This document shows, piece after piece, positions 19,362-29,346 of a stretch of DNA of 64,000 bases. Each line of letters opens with the position of its first letter. Position 1 is the stretch's first letter. The position numbers were made by a program, and so were the translations under genes. Below the pieces are notes generated by a model. That model was not told the DNA's origin, did not search any database, and saw nothing but the letters and a program-made list of their open reading frames with translations. Source of the stretch: Nitrososphaeria archaeon (GTDB lineage Archaea > Thermoproteota > Nitrososphaeria > JACIWG01); NCBI GenBank assembly GCA_963752255.1, contig CAVVXT010000003.1:1-64000 (forward strand), in the 5' to 3' direction.

Positions 19362-19988
19362 TCATCGGTTCGCCTCAAAGAACGCTCTTGCAAAGCCTGA
19401 CGGAGTTATGCTACGAAGTTCGGAACGGTTAGCGCCCGGAGGCAATTTGTGAATCCAGTCGGGCGGCAGGAAATGGGGGTTGTCTACTATGCCCTCGTGA
19501 CCAGAGGCACTACCACCCACCCATTTGCCAACGGGTGTAACGGGAGCCTTGATGGGCGGGTTATGTTTTCCCCAGATGCACGTCCGCTTTGTCCAGGGGT
19601 CGCCATATTCGTAGGGCTGGAAAGTATACTCGTATTTGCCGATATAGCGAGGCAATCTACCCACGGGGTTTTCGAGCGCCCAGAATTGCGGTTTACATTG
19701 GTCAATAATGCGGAGGCGCGCAGCGACAACTGATAATGCCAAAAGTAAACCTCTTGTCCTGTCCTTTTCAACCCACCAACGCACGCCGCTGATGCAGAAG
19801 TCCGTGCAGGGAGGCGCTGCCAGTATCCCGTAGACATGCTTCGGTGGCTGATAATACCGCACATCATATTCAGGCAGCGTAACCAGCCGCACATCGTAGC
19901 CCGCCTCTTTGTAAGGCCGTGACCATGCTCCCGTACCACCGCACAGGTCGAGGATTATCTTCTCGCTGTCCTGTAAACACTTACTCAA
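19362..19988 (-). CDS. Compact C5-cytosine DNA methyltransferase
   Basis: 'LDLCGGTG', 'APPCTDF', 'LENP', 'KRT' and 'RS.TP.GFA.AF' motifs. Confidence 0.85.
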   Translation of the reverse strand: MSKCLQDSEKIILDLCGGTGAWSRPYKEAGYDVRLVTLPEYDVRYYQPPKHVYGILAAPPCTDFCISGVRWWVEKDRTRGLLLALSVVAARLRIIDQCKPQFWALENPVGRLPRYIGKYEYTFQPYEYGDPWTKRTCIWGKHNPPIKAPVTPVGKWVGGSASGHEGIVDNPHFLPPDWIHKLPPGANRSELRSITPSGFARAFFEANR

Positions 19989-20040
19989 ATCTAGTTACCT
20001 TTACGTATCCCAATTAGGTATTTCCACGTATTCCATACGC

Positions 20041-20223
20041 TCAAAAAATGTGAAATGATAACATTAGAGTGATTGCACCTATCGGTAGGAGGACAAAAAT
20101 AATAACCAGTCCTGCCAGTGTTGCCAGAGCACCGCACGTCTCAGAGTGGGTGACCAGCCCGCTCCGGGATGTGGTGCTAATATCGAGCTTATTTTTGTGG
20201 TGTGAAGTGATTACGTCTGGCAT
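20041..20223 (-). CDS. Small membrane protein
   Basis: C-terminal hydrophobic stretch; GGAGG upstream. Confidence 0.45.
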   Translation of the reverse strand: MPDVITSHHKNKLDISTTSRSGLVTHSETCGALATLAGLVIIFVLLPIGAITLMLSFHIF

Positions 20224-20275
20224 TTTCGGTCACGGCCTCCTTCTTTCCTTACGTACCGATTTTGACCTGTTAATT

Positions 20276-20534
20276 TAGCCCCACGAAGGGGCTATGGGAT
20301 GGGGCTGGCTGAGACACTTCGCATTCAGTCAGTTAAACTTTTATTGTCACCCCATCCCCTTGTTGCCAGCCAGTGCTGGTATCCACACTATCAGTTTGCT
20401 ACCAATTTACCACTGATACCTTTCGGGTGGCTGGCTTGCTGGCTCGGTGATTCTCGCCTTGCATTTTATAACGTGCAGTTAAGCACGCACCGATAGTTTC
20501 CCTACTTCTCACGTTGCAGGTAGGACACCAGCAA
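20276..20534 (-). ncRNA. Candidate structured phage ncRNA (three abutting multibranch domains plus a terminal hairpin)
   Basis: Nested stems 20436-42/20528-34, 20444-49/20488-93, 20472-76/20483-87, 20501-05/20520-24, 20365-71/20429-35, 20390-95/20412-17, 20296-304/20350-58, 20276-82/20288-94; strand inferred. Confidence 0.55.
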
Positions 20535-20556
20535 ATTTGATTGTTAAAGCCTCCTT

Positions 20557-21255
20557 TCAGGCGATGTATACCGGGACTCCAACTATCCCCTCGACTGTCT
20601 TTTTGAAGTAATCGGCATCTGAGTTACCGTCCGATAAGTGCAAAAGATACACGCTCTGTAATTTGCTCATATCGTTCGCCTTCAAGAAATTGACCAGAGT
20701 TTCCAGTGATAGATGCGAGCCCATAACCCTTGCCTTCTGCTCGAGCGGAATTGCATTGCTGGCAACGCTGGCCCGGATGAGGTCGAGCGAATAGTTACAC
20801 TCAACCATGAGACACGTAACGCCCTTGAAGTGGTAATGCAGAAGTTCCGTGTCGGTGGCATAGAGCACCTTTTCGATGCCATCGAAAAGTACGAATCCGA
20901 GAGGCTCATCGCAGTCATGGACAGTGTCGAACGGGAGAATCGCCCATTCTTTACCGATAACGAATTGTGCGAGTGAGCGGATGGTATGTAGCCGATGCCC
21001 GGAGAGATGTGCTTCTTTTGCTGTGCCTTCGGACGTGTAGACATCGATGCCCGCTTTCATGACGTCCTGGGCGGCCTTAGAATGGTCAGCGTGGGCGTGG
21101 CTAATAAGGCAACCTGCCAGGGAACTCGTCTTGAATTCCAGCTTCTTGCGGATTTCCGAGAAGGGGATACCAGCCTCGATGAGTAATGAGGAACTATCAC
21201 TAGAAATCAAATAGCAGTTGCCTTTACTCCCCGATGCCAGCACCTTTATCTCCAT
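20557..21255 (-). CDS. MBL-fold exonuclease (YycJ-like)
   Basis: 'LASGSKGNC', 'SHAHADH', 'HD..EP.GF', 'ATDT', 'ECNY' and 'LHLS..N'. Confidence 0.88.
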   Translation of the reverse strand: MEIKVLASGSKGNCYLISSDSSSLLIEAGIPFSEIRKKLEFKTSSLAGCLISHAHADHSKAAQDVMKAGIDVYTSEGTAKEAHLSGHRLHTIRSLAQFVIGKEWAILPFDTVHDCDEPLGFVLFDGIEKVLYATDTELLHYHFKGVTCLMVECNYSLDLIRASVASNAIPLEQKARVMGSHLSLETLVNFLKANDMSKLQSVYLLHLSDGNSDADYFKKTVEGIVGVPVYIA

Positions 21256-21360
21256 AACCTTCTTACCTCGTTTCTCGATTTAATCGAGGGCAGGAGCTCG
21301 TCGAGCTAACCCACTCCTGCCACTCTCAAAAAGGGGAAATACATGCCCCGAAGGGCTTAA

Positions 21361-22341
21361 TTAAAAGGGACGCACATGACTCTCTTCTTTCTTCTTTCCG
21401 GTGAAACAGGCAGCACATTTCCAATCGCCGTGTTCATCCTGGGAAATATCACCCTCAGTCGTCCCACAGACGCAGCACTTCTTCGGCTTGTCGGACTTCT
21501 TCTCCATGGGCTTCTCTTCCGTGACAACCGTGGCTTCCACGTCAATGATTTCGCCGGTATTAGCATCGGCGGCAATGTCGGCAGCGACCTCGGCCTCGCT
21601 CGCCTCTTCGTCCGTGCGCTTGATGAACTTCAGCAAATTCTTGTCGCTGGACGCATTGATAAGGGCTTTGCAGGCCCGGTTGATGATAGTGCGCCGGGCC
21701 ATCTCGTCGGGGAAGTCCTTTTGCACATCGTCGCTGTGCATCCGGGACTTCGACCATGACTTCTGGATTTGCGCCCATGTCATGATGTCAACGTACTTTT
21801 CCTTGTTTGCCGTGGGTTCAAATTCCACGATGCAGTATGCCGCAACTATCTTGTCTGGGTTGATGTTCTCCAACTTCTGTACATGCTTCGTGATTTTGCG
21901 CCGGCTGCCGATAATCTCGTACTCGAACTTATCGCCCTGATAGACGACTTCCGCGACAATATCCCTGGCATTGGCGACGCGCTGACAGACGGCCATCGTG
22001 CCAAAGTACGAGCGCATACAGGCGAGCTTGTTGGCATAGACGATGAAATAGCACTGGTCTTTGTCCGGGTTGAGTCCCTGCACGGCCATAGAGAGCAGAG
22101 CATTGGCAATACTGTTCTGCGTGCAGACGTCCAGCGCAGGCCGCTTGTCCTTGTCCAGGGTCTCTTGCAGAATCAACCAGGCTGACTTCATGGCGTTCTC
22201 GACAGAGTAATCAGTTGGCAAAGCAATCTGCTTGTTGTCTTGCCATGTCCTGACCTTACCGGCAACGAGGTCAACGACTGTTTGTTTTGTGGTTGCAACC
22301 GCGGTAGTCTTTTCTTTTGTTTCTGTTTCTGTTCCTGGCAT
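21361..22341 (-). CDS. recT: RecT-family single-strand annealing recombinase
   Basis: 'SIANALL.M.VQGLNP.K.QCYFI.Y', 'RSYFG' and 'FPDEMARRT.INRACK'. Confidence 0.9.
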   Translation of the reverse strand: MPGTETETKEKTTAVATTKQTVVDLVAGKVRTWQDNKQIALPTDYSVENAMKSAWLILQETLDKDKRPALDVCTQNSIANALLSMAVQGLNPDKDQCYFIVYANKLACMRSYFGTMAVCQRVANARDIVAEVVYQGDKFEYEIIGSRRKITKHVQKLENINPDKIVAAYCIVEFEPTANKEKYVDIMTWAQIQKSWSKSRMHSDDVQKDFPDEMARRTIINRACKALINASSDKNLLKFIKRTDEEASEAEVAADIAADANTGEIIDVEATVVTEEKPMEKKSDKPKKCCVCGTTEGDISQDEHGDWKCAACFTGKKKEESHVRPF

Positions 22342-22364
22342 TTAATTCCTCCTCTTTATTTTCG

Positions 22365-22712
22365 CTAACTAAAAATCAAATCCGTGTTCTTCTCGGCACA
22401 TTGCTGCATAATGTCGGCTAATTTTGTTGCCATGTATTTGTCATAACTATCGTAAGGCCACGTGGCGATAAGTTCTCGCAGGCGTGGTTCAATAGTTTTG
22501 CATTGACCAGGGGAAAGCTCGCCGTCACAATCAGAATGATTCAGCAAGGGCACAATCGTATCGTTCACCGTATCCCATGCTTTCTTACCACCAAAACCCC
22601 ACATATCATCAAGATTGATGCCAATTTCGCGAGCTAATTTCCGGCGAAAATCATTAAAACCATTAAAAGACCAGTGAGCGCTAATCTTTCCCTGTCTAAA
22701 GTCAATTCCCAT
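22365..22712 (-). CDS. Conserved phage hypothetical protein
   Basis: 'WS..GF..FRR.LA' and 'PLLNHSDCDG.L'; translationally coupled. Confidence 0.7.
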   Translation of the reverse strand: MGIDFRQGKISAHWSFNGFNDFRRKLAREIGINLDDMWGFGGKKAWDTVNDTIVPLLNHSDCDGELSPGQCKTIEPRLRELIATWPYDSYDKYMATKLADIMQQCAEKNTDLIFS

Positions 22713-24664
22713 TATTTGACCTCTGCTAATTCCTGTGTTTCGATTCTGAGTACCTTGTCGCTGGCACTGACGTACAACCTGATTTGCTGACCTTTGGTGG
22801 GCAGAAGTTTGACAACCGCCTCGGCATTGTCTACGAATATTGGCGCGGTGACCTTGTAGTGCTCTGCCAGCGTGTTAATCAGGTCTAATCCGATGTTAAT
22901 TTGCATGGAGTTATTGAGCGAGTTGTACGGGATTCCGTTGCAACAGACCTCGCAACAAGGCTCTATTCCACCGTTCACGAGAGTTTCAAACAACTTGAAC
23001 CGGGCAAGAGTGAACTTGGAATTGATTCTTTCTGTGAGATCCGCACTTTGGTTTTGACAAATTCCTCAGTGAGATAGAGATTCTTTTCGAGTTCCTCGAA
23101 TTCGGTGGCCAGCTTCTTTTCCTGGGCTTTCAGTTCTTCGATGCGAGCAAGGCCGCACTCACGCTGCTTGGTTTGAGTCAGGGAATGTTCCAGTTTGATA
23201 ATAAGGTCGAAGAGATAGTTGATTTCGTTGTCGAGGGTTAACAGTGCTTCTTTGTTGCCAGTGCCAAGCTCGGCAATGGCGGCTTCCAGTTGCGCTTTCT
23301 GTTTTTGCAGCTCCTGTAATTCTTCCGGGAAAGTATCATCATGCTGATTGAGTCTGGTATCGAGTTCCGCGACCTGCTTCGCCAATGGTGGGAGTTTCGC
23401 TTTCAAATCGGCTATCTCTTTGCTCAGGCGCCCGTTGTTAGCAATAAGCGCTTCCTTGCGGGATTTCGCCTCCTGCCCGTTGTGGACGATGTTTTCCAGG
23501 TCGTTCGCTTTCTCTTGGTTGAACACGGCACGGGCTTTCTCGCGGGCCGCTGCAACTTCTGCTTCCGGCAGAGGACGATTGCACGCCGGGCAAACATTGG
23601 CTACCAAGCATTCCGTGCTCGCGGGCAAAGGTGAGGTCGTAGCGGTTGCGCAGAGCATCCATCTCTGTGTCGAGTTTGACTATGATGTCATTGCCGAGTC
23701 CAATATCTAATTCATCGTTGTGGATTTGCTTACGGATGCTATCGGCTTCGCTCACGACGTTGCCTAATTCAGTTTTGAGCTTTTGCCGGGCTTCATACGC
23801 CGTCTGAGAGCGGGCATTCTCCACTGTCTGGATTTCCAACTTGACGGATTCGAGTTGCTTCTTCTTCTCGACGACACCGCCGCCATTCTGGACTAACAGG
23901 CGTTCCTGCTCCTTGGCCTTCTTCTGCTGAGAAAGATCATCAATCTCCGTGGCAATTTGCACGGCATCGGTATGGTCGGCAGCCGGAAGAGAACGGCTGA
24001 CTTCGTCAATGCGGACCGGCAGTTGTTCCAATTCTTTGTTAATCATCGTGCGCTTTGCCGTAATAATCTTGCGGTAATCGTCCAGAGAGTAACTCCTTAA
24101 CAGCATCGGTAGCGTAGCAAGACGAACGTCAGAGGCAATAACCTGAGCATCGGTAATATCGCCACACACCGATAGCAAGATTTCGCGGCGCTTGGTCCAG
24201 TGCAGCTGCTCATTGAAATATTTCACGCCCGACAGCAACTTGAACGTGTCCTGAGAAATAAGCGCGGACACGCGGGCATCGAAATCGCGTTTATTCGCCG
24301 GTACGTCATTCATGAAGTACTGCGTTTCATGTCCGGTAAACTCTGCCTTGCTACTTCCCCGTTTTTTAGTCCAATTTTCCCTGAGAGTCCGGCGAAGTTT
24401 TATAATATTGCCATTAATGTCGAGAGCAACTTCCGCGCCGTGCTCTAACCCCGGATAAGGCGTTCCTGTTTCATCAAGAGTCTTCATCTCGAAATCCGTT
24501 TGCCCTTGGCTGTCAGTGCCAAAAAGACAGTACGTAAAACCATCGTATAACGAGGTCTTACCAGAGGCGTTCTCACCAAACACAGATGTATCTTGTCCGT
24601 TTGGTTCAAAGGTATAATCTCTAAATGCCTTGAAGTTTTCTAAATGTAGTAAGACCAGCTTCAT
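22712..24664 (-). CDS. SbcC/Rad50-like AAA ATPase (frameshifts near 23600 and 23040)
   Basis: 'ENFK', Walker A 'GENASGKTS', coiled coil, zinc hook 'CPACNR', C-terminal 'APIFVDNAE'. Confidence 0.85.
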
Positions 24665-24777
24665 ATTCCCCTCTCTTTCTCATGGCGAACCACGTCCGTA
24701 ACCAGAACTTGAGACCAGACGGCTTCGTTTTGACCTGAAATGCTCGACGGTTGTATACTGAATTTGGATTCAATGTT

Positions 24778-25080
24778 TTAACCCCTTTCCGGTGAGCTAC
24801 CTGCTGATAACAAGCAGCTCACCTTTTTCTTTCTCTCGTTCAGTAGCGCAATTTGCCCTTTGACTGTATTGGCAGGCGTCCATTCCTTCCTTTCAGCAAT
24901 TTCGTTCTCACGGGCTTCTTGCACTATTCGACTCTTGATTTCATCCAGCGTTTCCTGATGGGGACGGCCACCCATGCGCCCCATGCGCTGGAAATATTCC
25001 ACGCCGTATTTCTGCAAGCGGGCTTGACCGCTGCACTTACCGGCAAGAGAACGCTGCTCGGTTTTAGTCATTCTTGGCAT
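24778..25080 (-). CDS. Hypothetical early protein (KGG-like basic motif)
   Basis: 'KYG.EYF..MG..GGRP'; GGAG RBS. Confidence 0.6.
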   Translation of the reverse strand: MPRMTKTEQRSLAGKCSGQARLQKYGVEYFQRMGRMGGRPHQETLDEIKSRIVQEARENEIAERKEWTPANTVKGQIALLNERKKKVSCLLSAGSSPERG

Positions 25081-25318
25081 TTATACTCACTCCAAGTTTA
25101 TGTAGATAATTGATGACTGGTACTGTAAGATTGGGAAACACGTTCATGATTTTCCCAAGCAAGGGCGCATCTAATTCGCGCTCTCCCCTGAGTACCAGAT
25201 ACCATTTCGCTCGTGATATACCAACCTGTTTGGCAAATTCTGTCTCAGTCCAGCCTTTGTTCTTTTTTTCGCTTTCAATCAGAGTTATTAGGTCTTTGCT
25301 TGTTACGTCTGTTGACAT
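25064..25318 (-). CDS. Cro-like XRE HTH regulator
   Basis: 'WTETEFAKQVGISRAKWYLVLRGER'; divergent from the repressor. Confidence 0.8.
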   Translation of the reverse strand: MSTDVTSKDLITLIESEKKNKGWTETEFAKQVGISRAKWYLVLRGERELDAPLLGKIMNVFPNLTVPVINYLHKLGVSINAKND

Positions 25319-25360
25319 ATCGCCTCATAATGTATAATATCATTACTCTTGTCGGATACG

Positions 25361-25444
25361 ATTGTAACATGCTAAATGTATGCTGTCAATACCTTTTTAC
25401 GTAATTATTGTAACAATTGACTATGATAAAGGAGGTGTTACAAT
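25361..25444. promoter_or_regulatory. Lysis/lysogeny switch: cro promoter and operator repeats
   Basis: Minus-strand TTGACA(25389-84)-N17-TACAAT(25366-61); ATTGTAACA at 25361 and 25407 and its reverse complement at 25436. Confidence 0.7.
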
Positions 25445-26126
25445 GTTAGACATTGCAATGTCTATAAGTTTTGGAGATAAACTGAAGCAATTAAGAGAGG
25501 CGCGAGGATTGACTCAGAATCGGCTCGCGGAACTTTCCGGCGTCGAAAGAAGTTACATTACGTTACTTGAAAGCCGGGAACGGAAAGGGCGCATTTCGTT
25601 AGAAACAGCGGTTGCGTTGGCCCGGGCACTACAAATTCCAGTCGAAGATTTATGCAGTGGAGACATGATTGACCTTCCGCGCAAGACTCCCGGTGACATC
25701 ATGCAAGAGTTGGAACTATCGTTGGCGGCGATGGAACTAATTAAGATTCCTCTCCATGGTACTGTCCCCGCCGGTACACCTTTTCCCGAAGAACAAGAAA
25801 CCGGGGAATATGTAGACGTTCCAAAGGAATTTCTCAAAGATGTTCCGAATCCACAAAAGGTTTATGGTCTGAAGGTGAGCGGTGACAGTTTGATGGGGGA
25901 TGGTATTTTGCCAGGGTTTACGGTTGTCATTGAACCCAACATAGATATAATAGACGGCAAGATTTACGTTGTGCGGTTGGGGAACGAAGTTTGTATCCGT
26001 CACGTGTTTAAGAAGGATGACCATTTGAGACTGAAATCGTCCAACGGCAAATATCAGGATTTATCCGTCAAAGATATTGAGATTCTAGGTAGGGTGGTAG
26101 CATCAGGTAGGTGGCAGAAACATTAG
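25443..26126 (+). CDS. cI: CI/LexA-like repressor (XRE HTH plus S24 peptidase)
   Basis: GGAGG RBS at 25431; HTH 'LTQNRLAELSGV', cleavage site 'VPAG.P', catalytic 'V.GDSL'. Confidence 0.9.
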   Translation: MLDIAMSISFGDKLKQLREARGLTQNRLAELSGVERSYITLLESRERKGRISLETAVALARALQIPVEDLCSGDMIDLPRKTPGDIMQELELSLAAMELIKIPLHGTVPAGTPFPEEQETGEYVDVPKEFLKDVPNPQKVYGLKVSGDSLMGDGILPGFTVVIEPNIDIIDGKIYVVRLGNEVCIRHVFKKDDHLRLKSSNGKYQDLSVKDIEILGRVVASGRWQKH

Positions 26127-26135
26127 GAGGTTGCT

Positions 26136-26411
26136 GTGTTGGTTGTATTGGTGGTCATCCTCATCGCTATGGCCGTCCCGGTGGCCTGTGTCCTCGTAAT
26201 CCGCATGAGCAAGCGCTACTCCAATGCTAAGAAACAGGCTGTCAAAATCCTCTCAGGAGAATCCGTCAGCGAAAAGACGCTGAAATATACTCTCGACGTC
26301 TTATCTACCCATAGCAACTCCATGAAAGATGAGGAGGGCAAACGCCTCTACTCGAAATTATCAGATTACGCCGACAATATACAAAAAGTTAAGGTAGCCA
26401 GTTTGAAGTAG
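26136..26411 (+). CDS. Membrane-anchored protein of the immunity region
   Basis: N-terminal TM helix; GGAGG RBS. Confidence 0.65.
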   Translation: MLVVLVVILIAMAVPVACVLVIRMSKRYSNAKKQAVKILSGESVSEKTLKYTLDVLSTHSNSMKDEEGKRLYSKLSDYADNIQKVKVASLK

Positions 26412-26434
26412 TCGAACATTAAGAGAGGAGAAAT

Positions 26435-26803
26435 ATGAAGCGAATCGTTTTAGTGCTCGTTCTCCTAGCAATCACGGGTTGCTCTGCAAGTCCTGCGTCA
26501 AATCAAACTCCAAAATATACTGCGTCCCCGCAACTACAAAGTCAAAGGATAGACTACATTAAGAACAGTATCAGTAATGGCGTTTTCATGAAAGTGGTTC
26601 CCGATAGCCAATATCCGCAACTATGGGTAGGCACTTCCTTTTATCTGCAAACCTTTGACGATAAAGCGAAAATCGTAAACCCCGTGTGGGCTTATTACGC
26701 ATCGAATAATGCCAACAGCGTCGTTTTGTACTTGTATGACGGATATAGCGGTAAAGAGATAGGTAAATTCGGTGATATTTACGGTGGACTCCAATTAGAT
26801 TAG
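26435..26803 (+). CDS. Lipoprotein, possible superinfection-exclusion factor
   Basis: Lipobox 'LLAITGC'; located in the cI operon. Confidence 0.65.
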   Translation: MKRIVLVLVLLAITGCSASPASNQTPKYTASPQLQSQRIDYIKNSISNGVFMKVVPDSQYPQLWVGTSFYLQTFDDKAKIVNPVWAYYASNNANSVVLYLYDGYSGKEIGKFGDIYGGLQLD

Positions 26804-26849
26804 AAAGCGAGGCATGACGTTCTGCCGTCAGGTTGTGCGTTGACTCGTG

Positions 26850-26894
26850 CTGATAAGACTGGGGTCTTTGGTTCGAATCCAAAATGGCCCACCA
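26850..26894 (+). other. attP core: 3' half of tRNA-Ile(GAT)
   Basis: CTGATAA loop, GACTG, GGGTC, T-arm TTTGG-TTCGAAT-CCAAA, ATGGCCC-A-CCA; no 5' half (no GGGCCAT, no CAGTC). Confidence 0.85.
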
Positions 26895-26937
26895 AAGCCA
26901 AAAACAGGCACAAAACGGCAGGCGTCCAACAAAAGAA

Positions 26938-27907
26938 TATGTATGTAGACTCCAGTCCTCGTGTTTTTGCACAGGTACAAATAGGCATAATTGCAGACCC
27001 CAGTCCTACGAAATTTGACCTGAGTTCATACCTGAAATATTACCTGATTTCATGCAAGGTAGACAATAAATCACCCGCCACGATTGCGACTTACGAAATG
27101 CGGCTAGGGGCGTTTGTCCGGTTCGCAGAGAGAAATGGATTTTCCCACCGCGGACCAACTCACCGGTAATGGCGTAAGAATGTTTCTGCTTTCGCTCAAT
27201 GATAAGCATTTACAGCCATCAACCATCCATGCTTACCACCGGGCAATGCGTACCTGGTTCACTTGGCTCGTCAATGAAGGCCTCCTGGATAAGAGTCCCA
27301 TGGCGAATATCAAGGCGCCCCGGTACCGAAGAAGATACCGCATCCCTTCAGCAACGAGGACTTGCAGAACCTTCTTGTACTAACGTCTGGACACCATTTC
27401 GCCGACATCCGCAACAGAGCAATCATCCTCATGTTTCTGGATACCGGTCTCCGGATCAATGAACTCCTCAACATCAAATTGACCGACATCAGCACCGATT
27501 ACGACATCATCCGGGTATTTGGCAAAGGTAGCAAAGAGCGGGTAGTATCTCTGGGAAAAGTCGCACGGAAAGCCCTGTTGAAATATCTCATGTTGCGTAA
27601 GGATAATTATCCGGTGATGTGGGTTAGCGAAGAACAACGGCCATTACAGAGAGACGGGCTCAGGGCAATGATACGGCATCTCTGCGAGCGAGCACAGATT
27701 ACCGATGCGAAACATGGCGCCCATACTTTTAGACACACTTTTGCGACAAACTCAATCCGCAATGGCACGAACATCTTTTTCGTTCAATCACTCCTGGGAC
27801 ATTCAACCCTTGAAATGACGAAACGCTATGCCGGATTTATTAATTCTGAAGAGGCCATTAAAAAACACTCTGAGTTCAGTCCGGCGGATAGACTGGGATT
27901 GAAATAA
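26938..27907 (+). CDS. int: Tyrosine integrase (two frameshifts near 27145 and 27325)
   Basis: SAM-like N-domain; catalytic 'TGLRINEL', 'GKG.KER', 'HTFRH', 'LLGH', 'RY'. Confidence 0.9.
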
Positions 27908-27959
27908 TTATGGGAGATGACTAGCCACCAGTCCTAAAGGTTATATACTTGATACCACC

Positions 27960-27988
27960 AAAAAGCGGGCTGGTTTTTAAGCCAGCCC
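27960..27988 (-). terminator. Terminator between convergent int and lysis genes
   Basis: GGGCTGG..CCAGCCC stem with adjacent A/T tract. Confidence 0.55.
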
Positions 27989-28061
27989 ATACGCAGAAAG
28001 GAGGAGGATGCAATGCAGAGCCAGTACTCCGTATTGCTAATATATTGTTAGTAGTAATATG

Positions 28062-28268
28062 TTAGGCAGGTGGTTTGGGTGCTGCAGGGGTTGCCGGCGT
28101 GGTAGTTTTACTCTCTGTGAATCCGTACCATGCCAGACAACCAAAGAGAATGACGTAGAACATGGAATCTATTACTAAATTCGGATTCACCATAATCCTG
28201 TAGACGACTTGAAACAGATAGACGCAGACTATTAACAAGGTGATTGCTGCTTTTACTCTTTTGTTCAT
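28062..28268 (-). CDS. Two-TM holin-like protein
   Basis: 68 aa, two hydrophobic helices, GGAGG RBS, last late gene. Confidence 0.55.
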   Translation of the reverse strand: MNKRVKAAITLLIVCVYLFQVVYRIMVNPNLVIDSMFYVILFGCLAWYGFTESKTTTPATPAAPKPPA

Positions 28269-28406
28269 TTAGACCTCCTCTAAAATTGACTTCACTACGA
28301 TGCCCTAAAATGCCCCCAGACTGCGCTAGGGGCTAAAATAAGGGCATTGATTTTTCTGCGGGAATTTTACGAAAGCAAGGCAACAGGGCAACCTTGCCCA
28401 ATAAGT

Positions 28407-28741
28407 CTATCCGCGGCGGGCTAAAAGCCAGCTCCACCAACCCCACGGATTCACCAGAATGAAGACCAGCAAGACTGTAGCGAAAATGCAGAAGGCGACG
28501 AAATACTCCCGGATGTCCTGATAACACGTGTCTTTGATCTGGACGTACTCACGCACCTGGTAAATATTGTACTCAACAAAAATAATGCCGGAGATTATCG
28601 GTAAGAGTACCGCGAAGATAAGTGTGAGAAATGCCGCCCAAGTATGCGCTGGCTTGGAAATGACCAGGTAGATTTCGTACAGTGTTCGATTACCTTCCTG
28701 GTCATCTGTGTAATATCTTTGTCAAAAAAATCAAGATTCAT
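28407..28741 (-). CDS. Multi-TM membrane protein (one frameshift near 28683)
   Basis: Reconstructed MNLDFFDKD...HTWAAFLTLIFAVLLPIISGIIFVEY..DTCYQDIREYFVAFCIFATVLLVFILVNPWGWW. Confidence 0.55.
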
Positions 28742-28744
28742 GGT

Positions 28745-29290
28745 TCACCACAATAGGTTGCCGGGAGGAGTTGTATCTCCCGCCTGTCCAATCGTAATCG
28801 CTCGTATGGTGCTGGCATGTGGGATGCCGGCATACTGCCATATATCCGTAATGCGGGTATTATTCTGTGGTTCATAAAATATCATCTGCCCGTTCGGCAG
28901 GTCGAAAGCAACCACCATGTGCGCAGGTGACATTTTCGCTATCGTTCCATTAGGGCTCAAGACGTCATGGTAATCGATTTCCACCATACGGGCGGAAAAG
29001 TCCGCTTTAGTAGCATCCTCGACCACGCCCTGCGAGAAGTTCATGCAGTTGAAATTCTGCGCATCATATTTGTGGGTATGCGTTGCGTCACTCTCCAGGA
29101 ATTGTTCAATTCTGGTAATATAGTCCTGGCAAGTGCCTAACCGATAGCCAAATTCATAACCTGCGGCAAACTCTGCAAGGTACGGATTATCAGAAGGAGA
29201 AGAAACGTCATCACCGGCGTTGGCGTTGGGAAACGAGGGAAAAACAGAAAAACATATAGCGGCTAATGCCACGAGGATTAACTTCTTCAC
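28745..29290 (-). CDS. Secreted transglutaminase/papain-like cysteine protease
   Basis: Signal peptide KKLILVALAAICFS..ANA; 'Y....FNCMNFS', 'AHMVVAF', 'FYEPQ' (Cys-His-Glu). Confidence 0.7.
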   Translation of the reverse strand: MKKLILVALAAICFSVFPSFPNANAGDDVSSPSDNPYLAEFAAGYEFGYRLGTCQDYITRIEQFLESDATHTHKYDAQNFNCMNFSQGVVEDATKADFSARMVEIDYHDVLSPNGTIAKMSPAHMVVAFDLPNGQMIFYEPQNNTRITDIWQYAGIPHASTIRAITIGQAGDTTPPGNLLW

Positions 29291-29346
29291 ATTTTGTTTT
29301 GGACGCCCGCTAGAAGTCACATTTATGATAGCACTATTGTCAAGAG

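Noticed and set aside
21287-21357. Second phage ncRNA between recT and the MBL gene
   Set aside because: Two simple hairpins adequately explained as terminator or mRNA-processing stems
26807-26894. Complete phage-encoded tRNA-Ile
   Set aside because: No 5' acceptor strand or D-arm, and the anticodon stem does not pair (TCGTG vs GACTG); it is an att core
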